Source of the DNA: a virus
Lineage: Duplodnaviria; Caudoviricetes
Reading direction: 5' to 3' (one strand)
DNA length: 43,503 nucleotides
IMG/VR virus record: IMGVR_UViG_3300032218_004264
Coordinates: 1-43,503 of that record
Position 1 is the stretch's first letter; each line of letters starts with the position of its first letter. Positions 32,117-40,590 of this stretch are shown piece after piece. A program made the translations under genes and the position numbers. The notes under the pieces are model-generated. The model saw only the letters and a program-made list of their open reading frames with translations. It was not told the DNA's origin and made no database searches.

Positions 32117-34036
32117 TTGAGTCTTAGCCCTGATTTTGTTGCGTCCTACGCTCTGCAGCAGCCCCCGTGGGGCTTCGGCGGCCTCGGCGAGATCGTGTAC
32201 CTGCGCACCTACGCGCGCGACACCGACTTCGGCCGTAAGGAACTCTGGCACGAGACCGTCGCCCGCTGCGTGAACGGTGCGCTCGAGATCGGTGTGGACT
32301 TCACCGACGCAGAAGCCGAGGCGCTCTTCGACCACGTGTTCCACCTGCGCGGCTCGTTCTCGGGTCGTGCGCTCTGGCAGTTGGGGACCCCGCTCGTCCA
32401 GTCGCACAACGCGGCGTCGCTCAACAACTGCTACTTCACAAACATCGAGAAGATCGAGGACTTCGAGTTCCTCTTCGATCACCTCATGCTCGGCGGCGGC
32501 GTCGGCTACAGCGTCGAGCGCGCGAAGATCCACGACCTCCCGAAGGTCCGCAAGGGCGTCAAGATCACGCACGAGCGTACGAACGACGCTGACCTCATCG
32601 TCCCCGACTCGCGTCGTGGCTGGTCGCGACTCATCCACGCGGTCCTGAAGTCGTACTTCTACACCGGCAAGTCGTTCTCCTACTCGACGCTGCTCATCCG
32701 TGAGTTCGGTGCGCCCCTCAAGACGTTTGGCGGTACCGCCTCCGGACCCGGCGCGCTCATCGACGGCGTCGCCGACATCTGCAAGGTGATGGAGAATCGC
32801 GACGGCAAGAAGTTGCGCTCCATCGACGTCCTCGACATCTGCAACATCATCGGCCGCATCGTCGTGTCCGGCTCGTCGCGCCGCAGCGCGCAGATCGCGA
32901 TCGGCGACCCCGACGACGTCTTGTTCATGCGGGCGAAGAACTGGGGCTCCGGCAACATCCCCGGCTGGCGAGCGAACTCGAACAACAGCATCTACGCCGA
33001 CGCGTACGACGAGATCATGCCCGAGTTGTGGCACGGCTACGACGGCACGGGCGAACCGTACGGCCTCATCAACCGGCGGCTCGCGCGCAAGGTCGGACGC
33101 CTCGGTGAACGGCACAGCGACCCGAGCATCGAGGGCTTCAACCCGTGCGCCGAGATCGGCCTCGCCGACGGCGAGTCTTGCAACCTCGCGACGATCTTCC
33201 TCCCGAACATCGAGTCGCAAGCGCAGATGATCGAACTGTCGACGCTGCTCTACAAGGTCCAGAAAGCCATCGCCGCGATGGACTACCCGTACGAGAAGAC
33301 GAACAAGGTCGTCCGCAAGAACATGCGTCTCGGTCAGTCCATCACCGGAGTGCTGCAAGCAACCGACGAGCAGTTGGCGTGGCTTGACCCGACGTTCCGG
33401 GCGCTCGTCGACACCGACGTCGAGTACTCGCTCCACCACGACCTGCCGCCGTCGGTGCGGCTCACGACCGTCCAGCCGTCCGGCACGCTGTCGCTGCTGC
33501 CCGGCGTCACTCCCGGCATCCACCCGGCGTTCGCCCGGCACTACATCCGGCGCGTCCGGTTCGGCGTGAGCGACCCGCTCGTCGACAAGTGCCGCAAGCG
33601 CGGCTACCCCGTGTGCTTCGACGTCGGCATCGACGGACGCGAGGACCACTCGCGATATGTCGTGTCGTTCCCGTGCAAGTCTCCCGAGAACGCGATCCTC
33701 GCTGCCGACATGACGGCCGTCGAGCAGTTGGAGTGGGTCAAGCGCGTCCAGACCGACTGGGCCGACAACGCCGTGTCGGTGACCGTCTACTACCGGCTCG
33801 AGGAACTCCCGGCGATCAAGGAGTGGCTCGCGACGCACTATGATGACAGCATCAAGAGCGTGTCGTTCCTGCTCCACGCGGATCACAACTTCCCGCTCCC
33901 GCCGTACGAGGAGATCACGGAGGCGGAGTACGAGAAGATGTTCGCGAAGGTCGACTTCTCGGTGCCGATGGTCGACACGTACGCCGATGGCGAACTGTTC
34001 GACGACTGCGCCGGAGGAGCGTGCCCGGTCCGCTAG
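32117..34036 (+). CDS. nrdJ: class II (adenosylcobalamin-dependent) ribonucleotide reductase, monomeric RTPR type
   Basis: NNCYF, LGGGVG, NPCAE, SCNL, TTVQPSGTLS, C-terminal CAGGACPVR; TTG start after GAGGAG. Confidence 0.95.
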   Translation: MSLSPDFVASYALQQPPWGFGGLGEIVYLRTYARDTDFGRKELWHETVARCVNGALEIGVDFTDAEAEALFDHVFHLRGSFSGRALWQLGTPLVQSHNAASLNNCYFTNIEKIEDFEFLFDHLMLGGGVGYSVERAKIHDLPKVRKGVKITHERTNDADLIVPDSRRGWSRLIHAVLKSYFYTGKSFSYSTLLIREFGAPLKTFGGTASGPGALIDGVADICKVMENRDGKKLRSIDVLDICNIIGRIVVSGSSRRSAQIAIGDPDDVLFMRAKNWGSGNIPGWRANSNNSIYADAYDEIMPELWHGYDGTGEPYGLINRRLARKVGRLGERHSDPSIEGFNPCAEIGLADGESCNLATIFLPNIESQAQMIELSTLLYKVQKAIAAMDYPYEKTNKVVRKNMRLGQSITGVLQATDEQLAWLDPTFRALVDTDVEYSLHHDLPPSVRLTTVQPSGTLSLLPGVTPGIHPAFARHYIRRVRFGVSDPLVDKCRKRGYPVCFDVGIDGREDHSRYVVSFPCKSPENAILAADMTAVEQLEWVKRVQTDWADNAVSVTVYYRLEELPAIKEWLATHYDDSIKSVSFLLHADHNFPLPPYEEITEAEYEKMFAKVDFSVPMVDTYADGELFDDCAGGACPVR

Positions 34037-34569
34037 TTGCGGACGGCGAGGATCTCCACGTTGAGGTATGCGGGGGCAGCCGCATTCCACACGATGCCCT
34101 GCCCGGAGGGCGGCGTGATCTTCGCCGGGAACACATAGTTGGTGATCGACGGCGTGAACAGCGGCGGTCCGAACAGGATCGCGAGCGCCTCGGTCGAGAA
34201 CCGGAAGTAGTCGTGGGGATACCCGTGGAGAGGAAAGGTCTGATGCGTCGCGACGTACACGAGCCCACCGGGCTTGAGGACGCGCGCGACGGCCTCGGCG
34301 GCGATCCACGGTCGCGCGAGGTGCTCCCACACCGAGCACGCCAGCACCGCGTCGAACGACCGGTCCGGGAACGGCGCAAGGTCGTGGGCATCGCAGACGA
34401 CGTCAACATCAACACCTTCGGTGACGTCGGCCATGACGTACCGCTGCGCGTGCGGAATCTCATCGCGATGGTGGGTGGGTTCGACACCCCAGCGACGCGT
34501 GCCGATTTCGAGGACCTCTGGATTCGCGAGATCCCGTACTGACCGCCAGAACCCGCTCGATGCCGTCAT
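34033..34569 (-). CDS. class I SAM-dependent methyltransferase
   Basis: VLEIG...D...VDVVCD...FD.V....V.EHL..P...LKPGG. Confidence 0.9.
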   Translation of the reverse strand: MTASSGFWRSVRDLANPEVLEIGTRRWGVEPTHHRDEIPHAQRYVMADVTEGVDVDVVCDAHDLAPFPDRSFDAVLACSVWEHLARPWIAAEAVARVLKPGGLVYVATHQTFPLHGYPHDYFRFSTEALAILFGPPLFTPSITNYVFPAKITPPSGQGIVWNAAAPAYLNVEILAVRN

Positions 34570-35354
34570 CGACCCTGTAGCACGAAGTAGTGAAGGCGGC
34601 CTTCTTGCGCCACCGTTGGCATGTCCTGCCGATGGTTGATGCCCGAGAAGTGCGAGATGATCGCGCGACGTGGCGTACCCGGCACGCGCGCCTGCGAACC
34701 GCGATGCAGAAGTCGACCGTGCCAGATGAGCGCGTCACCGCGCTTCGGTAGGTACGTGACGATCTCGGGTTGCCGTTCGGCGAGGACCTGTTCGAACATC
34801 GGCGTGAGGATCGTCTCCGAGCGGGTCGGCCAGTCCGGACCGTCGTACCCATCAAGCGCGCGCCAGATTGCATCGCGCGTGACCTGCGGCCACCGATGCG
34901 ATCCGGGCACATACTGGAACGGACCGGAGTCGGGATCGATGTCCTCGAGGGCAATCCATAGCGCGGCGTAGTAGTCACCGACGTGCGGCGGGTTCAGGTA
35001 TGAGTCCTGATGCCAGTCGCGAGTTGTCGTCGCCCACCCGGTGAGGTTGAGGTGCAGCCCGGCCGGTTCGCCGATCGTTTCAGCGAGGACATCCCCGAAC
35101 GGTTCCATGAGGTCGCGAATCTCGGGGTGTCGCATGTACGGGATCGGGTCGGGCCAACCGCCGGTCTCGCGCCACGGCGGTGCGAGGCTGCCGTCGTTGT
35201 GTTCGGCCAGCCAGAGGCTCGCGTACGCGTTCATCAGGTCTTCGCCGGACGGGTTGGCGAGGAACCCATCGAGGCGGACGACGCCCTCGTCGTTCCAGTC
35301 GTTCCCGTCCTCCGGGGGCGAAACGGCGAGCATCTCGTAGGTCCACGTCGTCAC
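34566..35354 (-). CDS. PhyH-family 2OG-Fe(II) dioxygenase
   Basis: WHQD, WIALED..GP..YVPGSH, GD..IWH..L.HRGS; GTGA/ATGA coupling. Confidence 0.9.
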   Translation of the reverse strand: MTTWTYEMLAVSPPEDGNDWNDEGVVRLDGFLANPSGEDLMNAYASLWLAEHNDGSLAPPWRETGGWPDPIPYMRHPEIRDLMEPFGDVLAETIGEPAGLHLNLTGWATTTRDWHQDSYLNPPHVGDYYAALWIALEDIDPDSGPFQYVPGSHRWPQVTRDAIWRALDGYDGPDWPTRSETILTPMFEQVLAERQPEIVTYLPKRGDALIWHGRLLHRGSQARVPGTPRRAIISHFSGINHRQDMPTVAQEGRLHYFVLQGR

Positions 35355-36463
35355 GCAAGCACCAACTCGTCGCCGAAGTCCTTGAGCATCTGCCACGTCG
35401 GCTTCTTCGTGCCGTCGGCGCGAATGATCCCGAAGTACTGCTCAGGACCAGCAGCGCTCACCGACTGGCCGTCCTTAATGGTCACCCACATCACGTTCCG
35501 CAACTTGATGCCCTGCGTCTCGAAGTTGCGGATGTTCGTGAAGTACCCCTTGTAGCAGACCTGCTGGCGCGCCTCGTCGAGGAGGTACCCGCGAACGGTC
35601 GGGATGGTCGTGCCCGCCGGGTAGCCGGGGGCGCCGACCTCGGACCACCACACCTCGCCGCTCATGCCGCGCAGTTGCGCGGCTTTCACGATGTCGGGCG
35701 TCTGGAGGCCCGGGTTCCACTGGTACGGGTTCGTCGACGGGTCTTCCGGCCAGACGTACGCGTGGACGTCGACGGCCGTCAGTTTCGCCGCCTTCATGTT
35801 GGCGGAGTCGGCGTCGAAGAGCGACGGCCACCAGCCGTACGGGTTGAGGACCGACGATTCCGGGCTCATGCCGGGCGTCGAGATCGGCAGGTTCGGGTTC
35901 ACCTTCCGGGCGGCGTTGGCCCCACGCCAGACGTACAGGGCCTGCGTCGTCGGCGTCCACTGTGGGATGGTGCGCGTGGCGCTGTTCGGGTCGGTGGAGG
36001 TCGGCGACTGCCAGAAGTTGAGATGATTCCACTCGTTCCCGATGGACAGGGCGTCCACCCCGGCGGTGGCGCAGTCGGCGCAGAACTTCTCCCAGTTCGC
36101 GAGCGTCGTCGCGTCCGTCGAGTATTTCTTGCCGCTGATCTGAGGGGACTGCATCACCTTGAGCCCACGCTTATGGGCTTCGGTGACCGTGGTGGCGAGG
36201 GCGCTGATCGTGCCGGTCCAACCCATCTCGTGGGATACCCGCACCCAGCCGTAGCCGATCTCGGCGATCCGGTCGAGGGTCCAGAGGTCGACGGTCGAGC
36301 CGACGGAGAAACCCATTCGGGTCGCCCGACGGACCTGCGGGGGCGGAGGCACGTACCCGGCGGTGGCAAGGTCGTGCTGATACTGCTCGCGAGTCTTGGT
36401 ACCACGCTTGGAGTCGACGTAGGCGATTTCCCCGTCGGTGTAGGCGCTCGTAATGTCGACCAT
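35351..36463 (-). CDS. clan-A TIM-barrel glycoside hydrolase (GH5/GH39-like)
   Basis: WVR, GNEWN (acid/base), DVHAY, WWSEVG (nucleophile), FGII. Confidence 0.82.
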   Translation of the reverse strand: MVDITSAYTDGEIAYVDSKRGTKTREQYQHDLATAGYVPPPPQVRRATRMGFSVGSTVDLWTLDRIAEIGYGWVRVSHEMGWTGTISALATTVTEAHKRGLKVMQSPQISGKKYSTDATTLANWEKFCADCATAGVDALSIGNEWNHLNFWQSPTSTDPNSATRTIPQWTPTTQALYVWRGANAARKVNPNLPISTPGMSPESSVLNPYGWWPSLFDADSANMKAAKLTAVDVHAYVWPEDPSTNPYQWNPGLQTPDIVKAAQLRGMSGEVWWSEVGAPGYPAGTTIPTVRGYLLDEARQQVCYKGYFTNIRNFETQGIKLRNVMWVTIKDGQSVSAAGPEQYFGIIRADGTKKPTWQMLKDFGDELVLA

Positions 36464-36589
36464 TGAAAGTTCCTTCCGGGTGATAGTTGCGAAAGTATCG
36501 GAGTTGTGCAAGCATGCTGGCTCGGCGGGTCGGCAAGAAATCTTCACGACCGACTTGCAAGAACCCCTTGACTGATGTATCCTGTCGCT

Positions 36590-36847
36590 ATGCCTACCAA
36601 CGTACACCCCATCAACCCCGACATGACCCCCCTCACGCCGCAAGATTTGGCGATCCCTGCCCTCCTCGTCCTCGAGATGCTGGACAGCGGTGAGTTCAAG
36701 TGCGGACCCGGCCGCTGCGCCCGGTGCCACGAACGGACGAACATCCTCTACGGACGCCGCCGGTTCCTGCGACCCATCGGAGCATGCGTCTCCTGCGTCA
36801 TGGCTCGCGTCATCGAGCAGGCCGAGGACGCCCCTCTCGACGAGTGA
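36590..36847 (+). CDS. Zn-finger hypothetical protein, probably leaderless
   Basis: TTGCAA-17-TATCCT, then 6 nt, then ATG; CARC...CVSC. Confidence 0.65.
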   Translation: MPTNVHPINPDMTPLTPQDLAIPALLVLEMLDSGEFKCGPGRCARCHERTNILYGRRRFLRPIGACVSCVMARVIEQAEDAPLDE

Positions 36848-37203
36848 CGGTACGCGCCTTCGGGCCCTCCGCCACCATCCTGCGCGACGCGATCACGGTG
36901 CTCGGCACGACCGGCTGGACGCGCGGCATCACTCGCGATCAGATCACCGGAGAAGTCGACGTCCTCGGCGCAATCCTCATCGCCGCCGGACTTCCCCCGG
37001 CGCTCGTCGACCCGGAAGGCAACGACGCCAGCCTTGCCGACGTTCCCGTCGCCCGCCGACCCGCAGCGTTCTACGCGTGGGAGGCCCTCGACGCGCGCCT
37101 TGACGCCGATCCGCAAGCATGGAACGACGCCCCCGGCCGCACGATCGACGAAGTCCTCTGGATCCTCACCAGCACCGCCGACGCGCTCGCCGCTGACGAC
37201 TGA
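36844..37203 (+). CDS. DUF6197-like protein
   Basis: L..A...L...GW.RG...G.V...GAI...WNDAPGRT.DEV pattern. Confidence 0.75.
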   Translation: MTVRAFGPSATILRDAITVLGTTGWTRGITRDQITGEVDVLGAILIAAGLPPALVDPEGNDASLADVPVARRPAAFYAWEALDARLDADPQAWNDAPGRTIDEVLWILTSTADALAADD

Positions 37204-37217
37204 TCCGCAACGCGAAG

Positions 37218-37248
37218 AAGGGGCCCGAACCGAAGTTCGGACCCCCTC
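37218..37248. terminator. hairpin between convergent genes
   Basis: GGGGCCCGAAC-CGAA-GTTCGGACCCC. Confidence 0.6.
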
Positions 37249-37280
37249 TCCATGACGCTGCGTAGCGCAGCCTTCGCTTA

Positions 37281-38600
37281 TCAGGCGAAGGTGACCTGCA
37301 CGAACGACTCCGGCCGCTTGGTGGCGAGAGCCAGACGCTGCTCGGCAAGGATCACCACGGCGTTGCGGACGAAGAAGTCCGCGTGCTGCTCGGAGATCCG
37401 GATGGTCGCCTGCTCACGGTCGTACAACTGCGCACCCGTGCCGAACGCACCGACGAGGCCGGTGCCCTCCGGCATGGCCGGAGTGTCGATGACCGGGAGC
37501 CGCCAGATCCGCGCCTCGGCGCCGACCTGCATCGAGACCGCCATCAGGTACGAGCCCTGAGTGTTCTTGGTCAACTCGATCTTCTCCCAGTCGTTCGGGT
37601 GAACGACCACGCCGGTCGGCTCGTAGTACGCGAGGAACGAGGCCGTAGCGGCTCGCCGGATCGCGTCCCCGTAGTTGTCCGACGCGATGGCAGCGGTGTG
37701 GTCGTACTGCTGGACACCCGAGGTGTTGAGGATGCCGAGCAGGTTCTCACCCGTGCCGTCGCCCTGCAGGATCTGGTAGTCCTCCTGCAGGCGCAGACCG
37801 TAGAGCAACTCGTTGTCGATGATCGACCGGAGTTGCGGCTCGTCAGCGAGGACGTTCCGGTGCGCCGCCTCCCAGTGGGCCAGCGTCCGGATCGGAGCCT
37901 GATGACCCTCGAACTGCATGGACGACTGGGGCTTGAGGGCGAACGCGTTGCCCGAGCGCTCCGCGACCGGCGACGCGGCGTTGGAAGCCGTGGTGCCGGG
38001 GGTCGTGAAGCCGAGCATGCGGAAGTACTCGATGACCGCAGCGGTGGTCGTGCGCGCCGGGAACAGGTCGCGGATGCGACGGGTCCGAGTCGGCGGGATC
38101 ACGATCGGGTCGCGCTCGCGGGTACCGAAGTTACCCGGACGGTCGCCGGACGGGAGGGCCGCGTAGACGTCCTTCTTGCTGAAGGTGCCCGCGAGGTCGC
38201 CCGTGTTGAGCGTGAACGGCGCGACCATGTTCGCACCGGCCTTGCCGCCCTGCAGCGACTTGAACTCGTCGGACTCGACGAACAACTCGCCGAGCGAGGC
38301 GGTCCGGTAGCCACCGGCCGACTTGATCGAGAGGCCCGCCGCAGCCGCAGCCGCCACGGAGTCGGTCATCGGCTGGCTCTGCCAGTCCTCGACGGAACGG
38401 AGGTCCTGAAGCCCAGCGATCAGGCTCTTGATCTCCTTGATGTCGCGCATGTTCTGGTCGAACGCGCTCTTCTGCTCGGTGGAGACGATGGTGACGCCGT
38501 CCTCGACGCGGAACGAGTCCGCGATCGAGCGGTTCTCCGCCATCTTCGCCTCGAGCGCGGACTGAAGTTCGCGCTCCCGGCTCGGGTCGATGGTGCTCAT
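37281..38600 (-). CDS. major capsid protein, HK97 fold
   Basis: N-terminal coiled-coil delta domain; ED.QIL.GDG.GENL.GIL, VVHP.DW, F.RN.V.I.AE.R.A....RP..F. Confidence 0.95.
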   Translation of the reverse strand: MSTIDPSRERELQSALEAKMAENRSIADSFRVEDGVTIVSTEQKSAFDQNMRDIKEIKSLIAGLQDLRSVEDWQSQPMTDSVAAAAAAGLSIKSAGGYRTASLGELFVESDEFKSLQGGKAGANMVAPFTLNTGDLAGTFSKKDVYAALPSGDRPGNFGTRERDPIVIPPTRTRRIRDLFPARTTTAAVIEYFRMLGFTTPGTTASNAASPVAERSGNAFALKPQSSMQFEGHQAPIRTLAHWEAAHRNVLADEPQLRSIIDNELLYGLRLQEDYQILQGDGTGENLLGILNTSGVQQYDHTAAIASDNYGDAIRRAATASFLAYYEPTGVVVHPNDWEKIELTKNTQGSYLMAVSMQVGAEARIWRLPVIDTPAMPEGTGLVGAFGTGAQLYDREQATIRISEQHADFFVRNAVVILAEQRLALATKRPESFVQVTFA

Positions 38601-38824
38601 GTCTGAGTGACTCCTCTGTGAGAGTGGTGATGGAATTGCTGACTGGTTCTGCTGACTCGTTAGCCGAGGTGAGCACCTTACCGCTGACGTGTCGAGTCGT
38701 TACTGTAGCAGCATTTAGTTGGCTTGTAGTGGATCGACCCTACTTTCTGTAAAGGGTCAACAAAAACGACTTACTTCTGCTCTATCATTGTCAGAACATT
38801 CCCTCAAAACGGAGACCGCTTTCC

Positions 38825-39268
38825 GTGTTCCCGGACCTCTCCCGTAACGGCTCGTACGCCGATGAAGCCGCCTTGCTCACCGCTTCGGTCGGTGCCATTG
38901 CCGCTCTCTGGGGCATCTACCGACAAATCCACCGAAACTCCCGCAAGATCGATGCCGTGGTCGACACGCTGAATCGGGTGGACGAGGAGCCGGTACCGGG
39001 TGAAACCCCGTCAGTCGGGCAACGCCTCGTGAGGATCGAGAAGCAGGTCGATACGATCAGCGAGTCGGTATTCAATCTAACGAACGCCATGACGTCCCAC
39101 ATCCTCTGGGAGCAGAAGAAGTCCGACCGGATCGAGGAACGACTCTCCGACGTCGAAGGAACGCTCAGCGAGGTCAAGGCGTGCATCGAGGAGCAGAGCG
39201 GAACCAAGAAGGCCGCTGCGGTCGAAGAGCCGACTCCGATCAAGCGCACCCGCCGCAAGCGGGTTTGA
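38825..39268 (+). CDS. membrane-anchored coiled-coil protein
   Basis: GGAG SD, GTG start; single TM followed by heptad-like region. Confidence 0.7.
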   Translation: MFPDLSRNGSYADEAALLTASVGAIAALWGIYRQIHRNSRKIDAVVDTLNRVDEEPVPGETPSVGQRLVRIEKQVDTISESVFNLTNAMTSHILWEQKKSDRIEERLSDVEGTLSEVKACIEEQSGTKKAAAVEEPTPIKRTRRKRV

Positions 39269-39274
39269 TGCCGC

Positions 39275-40192
39275 TTACTTGAGCGAGGAACGCAACTGCC
39301 ATGCCCACTTCTGGTGCATGTCGATGCGCTCGGCGATGAAGTTCGCCACACCCTGCTCGTCGGCATCGTTCGCCGCGTGGAACGTCTGCCGCAGCGTGTC
39401 GAGCACCTGCTCGTTCGCGTCGAGCAGGTCCGAGGCGAGCGTGATCGCGTCCGGCTTGGCGAGTTGCGAGTCGTCGAGCGTCCGAGCCGACGCGAACGCC
39501 GCAAGGGTGAACGGTGCGTACTCGCCCAACTTACGGATGTTCTCGGCAATCGGGTCGATCGACTCGTACGCGTCGGAGTAGATCGCCTCGAACAGAGCGT
39601 GGTACTCCGAGAAGTCCGGTCCCTCGACGTTCCAGTGGAACCCGTGCGCCCGGAGATAGAACGACACGACATCCGAGAGAAGCACCCGAAGGGCGGTCGC
39701 CACGGCGTGCTCCCCCTCCTCGTTGTCCCCTTCGTTGCTGTCCTCGTCGTCGTGACCGGGCATCGCCTGCATCATCGCGTCGAGCATGCCATCCTTGACG
39801 TCAACCTCGTCGGCGATGAGGAACAGGTCGTCGGCGGGAGGATCCCCGACGAGGTTCTGCCACTCGCTCATCTCGTCCCAGTTCTTGGTGCTGTCGGTCG
39901 TCATGTCGCGTGCGTCCTTGCCCCCGAAGGGGCCGGTCGGGGAGGCGGACACGAGTCCACCTCCGGGTAGGGTGTTGATGCCTCGAATGCCGTGTTCGCC
40001 TCGCAGCGATTCGCGACGCCGAGTGGCTTTCCACTTCTCGTAGCCTTTTGGGCCTTCCGATACAATAGCCTGCAGGCCATCGGGCGCAGCGCACGGTGCC
40101 CAACTGCCGTCCGGCAGTTGGTGAGCGCCGTCGCAGCCCAGCCGCCGGGCAAGGCGTAGCGCCTCAGCGCGCGTGGGGCTTCTCTGCTCCAC
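39275..40192 (-). CDS. dps: Dps/ferritin-like protein with N-terminal DUF3721-like domain
   Basis: C-terminal HGFHWNVEGPDF...H.LFE.IY...ID.IAE.IR.LG; N-terminal AEA...A..LGCDGAH....W.PC; alternative start at 39904. Confidence 0.85.
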   Translation of the reverse strand: MEQRSPTRAEALRLARRLGCDGAHQLPDGSWAPCAAPDGLQAIVSEGPKGYEKWKATRRRESLRGEHGIRGINTLPGGGLVSASPTGPFGGKDARDMTTDSTKNWDEMSEWQNLVGDPPADDLFLIADEVDVKDGMLDAMMQAMPGHDDEDSNEGDNEEGEHAVATALRVLLSDVVSFYLRAHGFHWNVEGPDFSEYHALFEAIYSDAYESIDPIAENIRKLGEYAPFTLAAFASARTLDDSQLAKPDAITLASDLLDANEQVLDTLRQTFHAANDADEQGVANFIAERIDMHQKWAWQLRSSLK

Positions 40193-40200
40193 TCCGGCCC

Positions 40201-40590
40201 CTACTCGTCGGCGGCTGAATCGAACAGCATGAACGGTGCGCCGTCGTAGATCGTCGGGTCGTTCCACTTCGTGAACGGCGGATCGATAATGTAAGCCAGA
40301 CTGTTGAGCCGAGCGAGCGCGTCGGTCGAAGCGTCGTCGTCTTGCTCGACGTCGTACTTATCTGATGTCTGGCTGCCGATCTGCAGCAGCGGCGCGAGCG
40401 AATCTGCTTCTTTGTACGTTGCCGTAGCGAAGGTCGTGGGCTTCGTGGGGACGTCCTTGACGGAGCCGTAAATCCACGGAGCGCAGAGTCCCCACGCCGT
40501 CAGCGTGCCGTTGTCGGCCGCGTAAATCGCCCCAAAGTAGGGGGCGTTCTTGGGCCAGTCCGTACGACGGATAAGAACGTACTTGCTCAT
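40201..40590 (-). CDS. hypothetical protein, possible immunity partner of upstream kinase
   Basis: TGATG coupling to the giant ORF. Confidence 0.7.
   Translation of the reverse strand: MSKYVLIRRTDWPKNAPYFGAIYAADNGTLTAWGLCAPWIYGSVKDVPTKPTTFATATYKEADSLAPLLQIGSQTSDKYDVEQDDDASTDALARLNSLAYIIDPPFTKWNDPTIYDGAPFMLFDSAADE

Noticed and set aside
32117-34036. Intein or intron in nrdJ
   Set aside because: Continuous ORF of ordinary length with no visible splicing motifs.
31922-34339. 805-aa minus-strand ORF and similar long antisense ORFs (13039-14406, 18949-20097, 37383-38606)
   Set aside because: Shadow frames opposite well-supported genes, as expected in high-GC DNA.
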